DNA of 64,000 bases. It comes from Theionarchaea archaeon. GTDB taxonomy: Archaea > Methanobacteriota_B > Thermococci > Methanofastidiosales > SZ-28-30. The stretch covers positions 64,001 to 128,000 of the forward strand of contig JACVGT010000011.1 of the NCBI GenBank assembly GCA_018992685.1. Reading direction: 5' to 3'. The translations under genes were made by a program, and so were the position numbers. Under the pieces are notes generated by a model. It made no database searches and had not been told where the DNA came from. It worked only from the letters and a program-made list of their open reading frames with translations. Shown here one piece after another: positions 29,717 to 37,929 of this stretch (its first letter is position 1; every line of letters begins with the position of its first letter).

Positions 29717-30597
29717 GGTACCACCCTGTAGGTCGGGGGATCTATCCATTCAGAATTGCAGTTAGGGCACTTGCTGGGTTCTTTAATGACGGTCAGCTTA
29801 AAAGTAAATCCACAGTGGTTGCACACGGGCATTTTCACTGTGAGGTCTCCATTTCTGTTCCGGAGACTTCTGCTAATGTGCTGCAAATCTGATAGAACAG
29901 TCTTCTTGGGGATCTTGAAATGATGAGCGAGCTCCAGGGAAGTCATCTCAGCATCCTGGAGAAGCTGGACGATTTCTTCACGTCTGGTCATACAATTCCT
30001 CCTTTTCGATTCTGAAAGTTGAATCTCGGACTTTGAATGTTGAATTCTGAACACAACCAATTCCTCAAAAAACAACCGTGTCCTGACTAGTATGGTGCAG
30101 TCAAACTTCCTGGCCTCAAGATATGTTCTGGTCTGAGCGAGGTTTGAGAGAGAGGATTGAAGAAGGTAAACCCTCCCTTCAGGACTCAGAAACCCATTGA
30201 ACTGGGAAAGAAATGCATCAATGGTGTTTCTTCCGTCAGGTCCTCCATCACAGGAAAAATCCTGGATTGAAAGTTCGTCTGAGGGGCAGTAGGGGGGGTT
30301 GAAAATGATGACGTCAAAGGCCCCCGAGACTGATGAGAAGAGATCACTGCAGTGAAATTGTACATTGGTTACACCATTTTCTTCTGCGTTGTATTCAGCC
30401 AGAGCCACAGCCCGAGGGTCGATATCCACGCCCACCATCTCCTGGAACCGGTGGGCCAGGTTCAGGGTGATCACTCCTGTACCCACTCCTATCTCGAGTG
30501 CCCGTCCTGACAATTCCTCATCAACCAGAGCATCCAGCAGGAGAAAGGTATCTTCCCGAGGACCATACACCTCAGGATCAGTGGTAATGGTGAACAT
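29713..30597 (-). CDS. HemK2/PrmC-like methyltransferase in frame with a COG3357-like HTH + Zn-ribbon regulator
   Basis: VYGPREDTFLL, LEIGVGTG, FNPPY; second domain MTRREEIVQLL...CNHCGF...CPNC with its own RBS AGGAGG and ATG at 29991. Confidence 0.8.
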   Translation of the reverse strand: MFTITTDPEVYGPREDTFLLLDALVDEELSGRALEIGVGTGVITLNLAHRFQEMVGVDIDPRAVALAEYNAEENGVTNVQFHCSDLFSSVSGAFDVIIFNPPYCPSDELSIQDFSCDGGPDGRNTIDAFLSQFNGFLSPEGRVYLLQSSLSNLAQTRTYLEARKFDCTILVRTRLFFEELVVFRIQHSKSEIQLSESKRRNCMTRREEIVQLLQDAEMTSLELAHHFKIPKKTVLSDLQHISRSLRNRNGDLTVKMPVCNHCGFTFKLTVIKEPSKCPNCNSEWIDPPTYRVVP

Positions 30598-30673
30598 TGG
30601 TGTTCTCTCTTCTGCTGGTTATAAAGACTTTGTGGTCCTGGGGGGCATGTCTGTCGGGCAACAAGAGAAACAG

Positions 30674-31057
30674 CTACTGGTGGATTGTCATGAAATGAAC
30701 CTTCCGTTTCCGCGGACCATCAAACTCACAGAAGAACAACCGTTGCCAGGTTCCCAGACTCAGCCTACCGTTTTCCATGGGGATAATGGCAGAGTTTCCA
30801 ATGAGGATTGCCTTTAGATGTGAGTCTGCATTGTTGTCCACCCTATCATGTTTGTACGACCCGTGAGATACCAGGGTTTCCAGCAACACCACGATGTCTT
30901 CCTTCAATCCCGATTCGTTCTCATTGACACATATTCCTGCAGTTGTGTGGGTGCAGTATACCGCAAGCAGTCCTGTATTATTCTCCAGAATGCTCTGTGC
31001 CCTCTCTGTAATATCAATCAGTTCAACTCTTTGGCTCGTCCTTATCTCAATTTCCAT
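30674..31057 (-). CDS. yjbQ: YjbQ/UPF0047 family (secondary thiamine-phosphate synthase)
   Basis: HTTAGICVNE, NADSHLK, LGTWQRLFFCEFDGPR. Confidence 0.9.
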   Translation of the reverse strand: MEIEIRTSQRVELIDITERAQSILENNTGLLAVYCTHTTAGICVNENESGLKEDIVVLLETLVSHGSYKHDRVDNNADSHLKAILIGNSAIIPMENGRLSLGTWQRLFFCEFDGPRKRKVHFMTIHQ

Positions 31058-31231
31058 ACGGAAGACTATGTGTAACCTATAAAAGAATTTTCTGTGGCGT
31101 GAGAGTAGTATGTAATAGGTGATGCCTCTCCTGGCCCGCCTAGGAAATATTCTGTACAAAGCCTGTATTGTCATAAGAGTTTCAAGGTGTGAATAGCTTG
31201 GAAAGGAACCTCCCAAAAAAAGGGAGAGGAA

Positions 31232-32653
31232 TTACTTTTTCCTCATTCCAACAAAAATTCCAGTTACTATCAGTCCTGCTAGAATTAATGTTCCCAGGCA
31301 GGGTCCATCCACCTCAGGCTCTTCCTGCTGTTCTTGTTGTTCTCCACCTTTTTCTTGTTCTTGCTCTTGCTCCTGTTCACATGTGGAAATCCATTCTTCA
31401 CATTCTCTGATTCTCTCTTCATCTCCCAGGTCTCTGTACAAGGCGAGGGCTTTCTCGAAGCTGGCCTTGGCACTCTCGTAGTCCTGGAGTTCAAGGTATT
31501 CAATTCCCTCCTTCAAGGCGATGTCAGCATCAACTGCCTTCATGCAGGCATCAATCATGTCCTGGGCCTTTTGAGAGCCCGCAGCATCGTTTATTTCATC
31601 GTACAGTGTCTTGCTGTTCTTGAATTGTTCCAGAGCCTTTTCGTAGTCTCTCTCTCCGTAACGTTCTGTACCATTGATATATGACATGCCTGCTTCAATG
31701 CCCTTCTCACACTGAGCAATTGGGTCCTCCATGTCAGACACTCTTGTTTCAATGCCTAAATCCTTGTAGGAATCCAAAGCTTTCTCAAAGGCATCTTTCG
31801 CACTTGTGTATTCTCCCTGAGAGAAGAGGTCGTATCCCTGTGAAGCCAATGCATCCGGCTCAGATGTATCAACTTTGGGAATATACGGCTGGGCAGCCCA
31901 CATGAACATGTTCAGCGCCAGTCTCCTGTCGTCTTCGTAGGAAAGATAGCTCATGTCCTCAATGGCCACGAGAAAGTCGTAGTCTCCCATGGCTACCACT
32001 CTTCCTCTTCCGGATTCAGCAGCAGCCAGAACCACAACCTCTTTTCCCTTTTTTTCATTGGCATAACTTGTAGGATTCCCGAATGCCAATGGTATGGCGG
32101 GAGGCTTCAGAGTGAGTGAACATCCCCAGAGAAATGCAATGGTCTCTACGCCCTCTGTCACAGGGTGGCTAGCAAAGACCCGAATAATCGGATTGCTGTC
32201 CAGTGCTCTCAGTTGATCCACAGGGTCATTCACTTCATCCTGATTAAACTGAATCCCGAACATTGTAGACACCTGGTTTATGGCCCTTGTTATTCCAAGT
32301 TCACGCATCCTGTCACCGCCGTCTGAGAACATGATCAGGCCTCCTCCTTCTTCAACAAAGGTTCTGATGGTTGTTATTTCCTCATCAGAGTATTCGTTAC
32401 GAGGGGCAAACAACACCAGAGCGTCATAGTTCTCCTTTGAGAGAGTGAGAGGATCTATGCGTTCTTCCAGAAGTTCAATGGAAAACCCTTCTTTTTCCAG
32501 CTCCGCAACCAACTCAGAGAATTTACTTGCTTTTGCTGATGCATGGTATTCATCAATGAGCAGTCTTCGTTGCTTTTCACTCGATATTTCGGTGGGGAGA
32601 AGACACACCAGGAGGCAGATGAAACAACAGACAATTGCCATTCTATTCCTCAT
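31232..32653 (-). CDS. Secreted DUF4350/GATase-like + TPR protein with C-terminal membrane anchor
   Basis: Signal peptide; LIDEYH...FVEEGGGL...GRGRVVAMGD; three TPR-like repeats; EQ-rich linker; GPCLGT-TM-RKK tail. Confidence 0.75.
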   Translation of the reverse strand: MRNRMAIVCCFICLLVCLLPTEISSEKQRRLLIDEYHASAKASKFSELVAELEKEGFSIELLEERIDPLTLSKENYDALVLFAPRNEYSDEEITTIRTFVEEGGGLIMFSDGGDRMRELGITRAINQVSTMFGIQFNQDEVNDPVDQLRALDSNPIIRVFASHPVTEGVETIAFLWGCSLTLKPPAIPLAFGNPTSYANEKKGKEVVVLAAAESGRGRVVAMGDYDFLVAIEDMSYLSYEDDRRLALNMFMWAAQPYIPKVDTSEPDALASQGYDLFSQGEYTSAKDAFEKALDSYKDLGIETRVSDMEDPIAQCEKGIEAGMSYINGTERYGERDYEKALEQFKNSKTLYDEINDAAGSQKAQDMIDACMKAVDADIALKEGIEYLELQDYESAKASFEKALALYRDLGDEERIRECEEWISTCEQEQEQEQEKGGEQQEQQEEPEVDGPCLGTLILAGLIVTGIFVGMRKK

Positions 32654-32900
32654 AGCACAGCACCTCAGCTCTTGACTGAATCCAGCCATAAATACCTTTG
32701 GTATTGAGGTGTTTTTTGTGGTGACGGAAATCTTGAGTTAGCAGGAAAAGACCACCGGGAATGCAGATCCTTCGATGGGCTCTGAAACCAGAATGTACCC
32801 AAATGAGAAATGAGACCAGAATGTTGATATCCATATTCTTCCAGATACTCTGGATTTCAGGAGAAGAGAAATGATTGAAAGGAGTATGTAGGGAGTCAAG

Positions 32901-33566
32901 GTGACTGTTCTTGTCAAGGATATGCCACTGAATACCTTACATCCCACTGAGATGACAAAAATCCTTTTAATAGACTACCCCCATGTCTGTGGTATGGCTG
33001 AAGGACTGTGGACCTGGAACCAATGCGGGTCGCAAATACTCACTCTAAAGCACAGGCTCGGGTTTGGTGACACCATAGAATTCCTCAAGTATACCGTGGA
33101 AGATACTGGCATTATCCGCGACACCATGACTGACACTCACACTGAGGATATAGAGCTCATGTACTGGATTTTGGCTACCTATTCCAGAGCTACACAGATC
33201 ACACTAAATCACGAACTGGTCCCCTATGACAAACTCCCTGGTGGGTATGCCTTTTTTGGGGCATTTCGGAACCTGGCAATCAATCCTCTCTTACCTGTTT
33301 TCGGCAGTAATACTGACATATTTGAAGAATGCTGTTCGTATTTTGAAGGAGAAAGACAATCCTTTGGAGATGCGTCATTCACGATACGTGCCCTTCCCTT
33401 GGTGCCCATTACTCTTGTTTTGTGGAAAAGGAGTGACGAGTTCCCTCCCCGCTGTTCAATACTGTATGACACATCTGCCTCACAGGTTCTGGCCACCGAA
33501 GCCCTGGCCCACCTGGGGGAACTTCTGTCCCATCGGCTGATACAAGCATCTGAGGTGATCCTGTGA
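32901..33566 (+). CDS. DUF3786-family protein
   Basis: LPGGYAFFGAF, GDASF, ALPLVPITLVLW..DEFPP motifs; start uncertain. Confidence 0.75.
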   Translation: MTVLVKDMPLNTLHPTEMTKILLIDYPHVCGMAEGLWTWNQCGSQILTLKHRLGFGDTIEFLKYTVEDTGIIRDTMTDTHTEDIELMYWILATYSRATQITLNHELVPYDKLPGGYAFFGAFRNLAINPLLPVFGSNTDIFEECCSYFEGERQSFGDASFTIRALPLVPITLVLWKRSDEFPPRCSILYDTSASQVLATEALAHLGELLSHRLIQASEVIL

Positions 33567-33814
33567 TTGAAATCGAAGTGGTCAGAATCCTGGAAGGCGG
33601 GGCTTGTCCTTTTGGATTCAAGCCAGGTGATATCTTTCAGATTGACGAGAACCCACCCGCTGAATTATGCCATTGGGCATACCTGGTTATTCTGCCTTTC
33701 GCTACGGCATTGCGATTTGGTGGAGATATTCCCTGGGAAGAAAAGGGTATATGCAGTGTATGCTGCCCGGATCCCAAGAATCCTGTAGTATTTGAAATTC
33801 GAAGGGTGAAATAA
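33563..33814 (+). CDS. TIGR04076-family small Cys protein
   Basis: CPFGFKPGD, LCHWA, CCPDPKNPVVFEI. Confidence 0.8.
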   Translation: MIEIEVVRILEGGACPFGFKPGDIFQIDENPPAELCHWAYLVILPFATALRFGGDIPWEEKGICSVCCPDPKNPVVFEIRRVK

Positions 33815-34518
33815 TGTTAGAAGATGTTGAGAATCTATTCCATGAGTTAATCAAGGGGAAAGAAGGAATAATTGGAGCCTGCCCCTATGATGCTGTTCTT
33901 GAAAGGTTAGTGCCTGTACAGCAGAATGTCCTGACTTCCTTGGGTACAGGGAAATCTCTGATTGTTTTCGGTGTCTTTCACTCTCCTCACGCTCTCTCCT
34001 CCATCAACCTGAAGAAAAACGGAAAGACCGATTATGCCTCCTGGAATATCTATGCACGGGAATACCGCCAGCTGAACACGCTCTTGAACAGCATCGCAGA
34101 CGCAATAGCCAAATACGTAGAAGGTGTTCCTGTTCCGGCTACCACGCAGGGTGTGGCCACCACCATTGACCGGGTGGAAGACTACTATACAGGGTGTGTC
34201 TCCCACAGGGTGGGTGCTGAACTGGCAGGACTGGGGTGGAGGGGAAAGAATGAGCTCATTGTTACACGTGACAAGGGGTGCGCTGTCCGGTTTGCTTCCG
34301 TCATCTGCCCTTCCAGTCTAGAGTACGGAAGCAGAGTGGAAAACAACTGTCATGATTGCACTTCCTGCCTGGACGTGTGCTCTATCTTGAGAAAAAAGAC
34401 TATTCTCAAAAACTACCGTGAACAATGCAGACGTTTTATTGTGAGGTTAAACCTTGAAGGAGATGTGTGCGGGAAATGTGTCAAAGCATGTTACAATCAT
34501 TGGACTCTCCAGCGCTAA
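33814..34518 (+). CDS. Epoxyqueuosine-reductase-like Fe-S/cobalamin protein
   Basis: SHRVGAELAGLGWRGKN, VRFASV, CHDCTSCLDVC, CGKCVKAC. Confidence 0.7.
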   Translation: MLEDVENLFHELIKGKEGIIGACPYDAVLERLVPVQQNVLTSLGTGKSLIVFGVFHSPHALSSINLKKNGKTDYASWNIYAREYRQLNTLLNSIADAIAKYVEGVPVPATTQGVATTIDRVEDYYTGCVSHRVGAELAGLGWRGKNELIVTRDKGCAVRFASVICPSSLEYGSRVENNCHDCTSCLDVCSILRKKTILKNYREQCRRFIVRLNLEGDVCGKCVKACYNHWTLQR

Positions 34519-34768
34519 TCGTCAACAACACTGGAATCTCTCTGTAATAAATGTAAGAAGGGGCCAGGGGAAAGTCCCCAGGCCGTTCAAAGAAGGGGGG
34601 GGTGAAAGATCGCATTCCGGACACAAATGCACTCAAGCTTTACTACAACTTTCTACTATATAAACTTTGGGCTTTTTAAAGGCCCATACTCTCCGAAGTT
34701 TCCATCTAATCTCATTCCTTTCTGTGTTTCTTAACAAAGGCAGAGACAACCCTTTCCAGGAGGGCTCT

Positions 34769-35773
34769 TCAGTCTTCCACAATGCTCTTCAGAGTCTTGA
34801 TAATGTACGTTTTCCCATGTTTAGTACGGGATATAATTCGTTTATTCTCTAGTTCACTTATGATTCGAGTAATTTTCGGTCTTGAGAATCCAGTAATATC
34901 TGGAAGTTCCTCTTGCTTAATACCTTCTCCAATGGCTTCCATCACCTTTTGCTCATCTTCATCCAGCACAAAAATGGGAATCTCCCTTCTCTGTACTTTT
35001 TTTACTCCTTTAAATAGGAAATACCCAGCTACCAATCCCACCAGTGCCCCCACAGTGAGAGGGACGGGTCTATATATGAGGGGAATAACAGGCTCTTCCC
35101 TGATTACAGGGATCTCCTTGATCTCAATATCTTTGCCCACTCTCCTGACTTCCAACCCCTTTTCCTGCAGGATGGTTTCTATTTCTCCAGAAATCTTAGG
35201 GCCTACGAGGTACGCTTTCTGCACCTGCAGAACTTCCAGAGCCTGTATGGTGGTTGCTGGCAGTTCATCTTCCTTTGTCAGAAGGATGGGGGCCTGTAAA
35301 TTGATAGAAATACTGGAGGCAATCAAGTACGACTCAGTTACATCTGCATGAGCGATGACTGCAGCTTCAGAAGAGTCCCACAACTCAATAGCCACCCTGG
35401 CAGCTGTACCGATTCTATCCCAATCCCACAGCCGATTCACCTGGAACCCCATCTCTTTGAGCTCCCCTTCCACGTCAGCAGAAATAGCTGTATCTGCTCC
35501 GCCAATAATGAGAACAGTGGCTGCACCCTGTCCCCTGTAGCCCAGAAGTTCTCTGCGTACTGTTTCTGTCAGGAAGAGAGGATCAGTTGTAATAATTGGT
35601 ATTCCTTCCTTGTGAGAATATGCCTGAGCTATAACATAATCGATGGGCAGATCTGCTCTGACAAGAATCACATCATAAGACTTCTCAATTGCGTCTGCCA
35701 GGAAAACCATGGGAATGGCTGTGACTGCAACCGCCAGTATGAGAAAACTCCGCTGAAAAAGGGTGGTTTTCAT
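34769..35773 (-). CDS. Cell-wall-binding-repeat-2-like extracellular domain + TM + cytoplasmic HTH
   Basis: IIGG..AIS..VE..L...RLWDWDRIGTA and APILLT motifs; TM helix; IKQEELPDITGFSRPKITRIISELE HTH. Confidence 0.7.
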   Translation of the reverse strand: MKTTLFQRSFLILAVAVTAIPMVFLADAIEKSYDVILVRADLPIDYVIAQAYSHKEGIPIITTDPLFLTETVRRELLGYRGQGAATVLIIGGADTAISADVEGELKEMGFQVNRLWDWDRIGTAARVAIELWDSSEAAVIAHADVTESYLIASSISINLQAPILLTKEDELPATTIQALEVLQVQKAYLVGPKISGEIETILQEKGLEVRRVGKDIEIKEIPVIREEPVIPLIYRPVPLTVGALVGLVAGYFLFKGVKKVQRREIPIFVLDEDEQKVMEAIGEGIKQEELPDITGFSRPKITRIISELENKRIISRTKHGKTYIIKTLKSIVED

Positions 35774-35975
35774 GTATCTACATACAAAGCACCACAATTT
35801 AAGTGTTTCCACTATCTTTCCTTTTCTTCTACTTTCTTAGAGTTGATTTCTCCTAAAAACGATAGGAACGAAAATACAAGAAATGGGGATACTGAAGTGA
35901 GCACCTACTCGATTCACTGTGCACTGAACCATGCGTGAGTAAACCTTTTAAGCGCATCATAGACATTCTGTACAC

Positions 35976-36221
35976 ATGAGCGAGGAACCACCGAAAAAGA
36001 AGATTCAACTGGTGCTTCAGTATTATTCTGCATGTGACATCTGTCAGAGGGACAAGACCAAGCTTTGCGAGCAACGGATTCCCGAAGACGTCAGGCAGAC
36101 GTACTTCATGACCATTCTTCCTCGGTGGGAAGACGATATTACAAAACGGTGCAAGCATTTTAGACTGCACAAAGGTAGAATGGAGAAACTCCTGGAGAGG
36201 ATCAGTAGGAGTGAATGGTAA
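35976..36221 (+). CDS. Small hypothetical Cys-containing protein (CDIC)
   Basis: TATA-like CTTTTAAG about 25 nt upstream (leaderless); four Cys. Confidence 0.5.
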   Translation: MSEEPPKKKIQLVLQYYSACDICQRDKTKLCEQRIPEDVRQTYFMTILPRWEDDITKRCKHFRLHKGRMEKLLERISRSEW

Positions 36222-36263
36222 CCTGCGAGAAAGAGGGCTTTTAAGTTCTCATATCAGAGTCTT

Positions 36264-37070
36264 TCACCGAACGCTGACATCGAACACAATGTGCCACACA
36301 CCGGGCGAATATTTCTTTATCCTTCGCATGCCCTCAATGGTTATTTCTTTTCCTATTTTTCCGGCCGTGTCTGCCAGTCTTTCCGTGGCTCTGTCGATTC
36401 TCCCCTCCGGAACAAATTCATGGTACACAAGGACCCCGCGATCCACCAGGGTAAATGCCTTTTCGAGGTATGTATGTGCCTTGGGATGGCCCATTATCAC
36501 CCTGTCTGCTGAACCTTCGTATTCATTGCAGTCTGTGAGATGCGGAGTCACCAGATGAGTTACTCTGTTCAGAGCAACGTTCTCACACAGAAAATGGTAG
36601 GCATGTTCGTTCTTCTCCAGAGCTTGAACCCGGGAATGGCAGTACTTGGCTATGGGTAGTGTAAAATATCCTATCCCTGCAAACATGTCCACCACCTCTT
36701 CATCCCGAGGGAAGGTGGATACTCGAATTCTCTCATGGATATTTCCCGAACAAAACATGACCTTTGATAGGTCCAAGTGGTACAGAATATTGTTTTCCTT
36801 GTGAATCGTCATCGTTTCAGTGCCAGCAATAATCTTGAAGTCTGGAATACGATATTCGCCATGAATTCTTCCTTTTCGCAAGACTGTCTGTACGCCAAAA
36901 GCGCGTTTGTACGCCTCTCCGATCTCGGACTCAAAGGGTGTATGGTGAGACTTCAAGTGTATGACAAGGATGTCTCCGATCTTCTCAAAGGATTCAGGAA
37001 GATCTTGGAGTACGGGGACAGGAAGAGAACTCAAGGAGTGACGGATGGTTCTCCTCGTTTCAGGCTCCAT
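36264..37070 (-). CDS. Met-10+/Trm5/TYW2-family tRNA modification enzyme (wyosine pathway Taw2-like)
   Basis: HKEN...DLSKVMFCSGNIHER, VDMFAGIGYF, IKKYSPGVWHIVFD. Confidence 0.8.
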   Translation of the reverse strand: MEPETRRTIRHSLSSLPVPVLQDLPESFEKIGDILVIHLKSHHTPFESEIGEAYKRAFGVQTVLRKGRIHGEYRIPDFKIIAGTETMTIHKENNILYHLDLSKVMFCSGNIHERIRVSTFPRDEEVVDMFAGIGYFTLPIAKYCHSRVQALEKNEHAYHFLCENVALNRVTHLVTPHLTDCNEYEGSADRVIMGHPKAHTYLEKAFTLVDRGVLVYHEFVPEGRIDRATERLADTAGKIGKEITIEGMRRIKKYSPGVWHIVFDVSVR

Positions 37071-37358
37071 ACCAGACCTGAAGATTCAGTATAAAAAAGG
37101 TTTGGACATGAGCGCCAGCGGTGCATCCGCCCACCAACAGGGTGTGCACCTCTCCTGCAAACATACCAAAGAAGATATTCTTCTTCCCGTATTCTGGATT
37201 CTAAACGATTTAGAGTGAGCTGAATAGAGCCCATGACAAAAGGAGAGGCCTTGGGACGAATGGATTCGCAAGATACGATCTTAAATCCTTGCCACACTTC
37301 CACTAAAAGTATTTAAGAACCAATAAGTATAAATACGATACTGTAGCAATGAGGCCGA

Positions 37359-37432
37359 GGGCCTGTAGCTTAGTTTGGTAGAGCGCCTGGCTCATAACCA
37401 GGCGGTCAGGGGTTCAAATCCCCCCAGGCCCA
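37359..37432 (+). tRNA. tRNA with CAT anticodon, most likely tRNA-Ile2 (agmatidine type)
   Basis: GGGCCTG/CAGGCCC acceptor stem, CCTGG-CTCATAA-CCAGG, TTCAAAT T loop. The GGGCC start is unlike initiator tRNA (A1-U72). TATA at about 37328. Confidence 0.9.
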
Positions 37433-37929
37433 TTGAATTCTCCAGAGTTCCTCTCGGGTTTTGACTCTAGTCTTCCAGATTGGATTGTCCAGAGGGATGG
37501 CTGCGCGCTGTAGAAGGACACCTCCCCTTCTTTTCATTCCACCAATCCTCTTTCCTCTGGTTTCCAGCGTCGAGAACACGTAGCACATTCTGGAGGAATC
37601 TGTGACGCTGCCCACATTTAACCCACATGGAACCCCTCTTTGCCTTAGAACCTTCCACATTTCGTGCAAGTTTCTCTTCCTGGGTGCGAGACGACTTTCT
37701 TACCAGATCGTCAATGACGGTTATCCGATTCACTCTTCTGTCTACACATATCACGTGCTTTTTCATTTTGCTTTTCAAGATTCTGCGGATATTGGCACTC
37801 CTCCATTCCTGAGTCTCCCACGAAGAACATTCAGACATGTTGGTTACATAACCAGTCTCAAATTTTATATATATAGGAAAGAGAAGGAATCTGGAGTTAG
37901 CAGGCCATTTCTGACTGAAAGGTGAAACC

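Noticed and set aside
34561-34584. GGGGAAAGTCCCC as part of RNase P RNA
   Set aside because: The space is too short and no other RNase P conserved regions are present.
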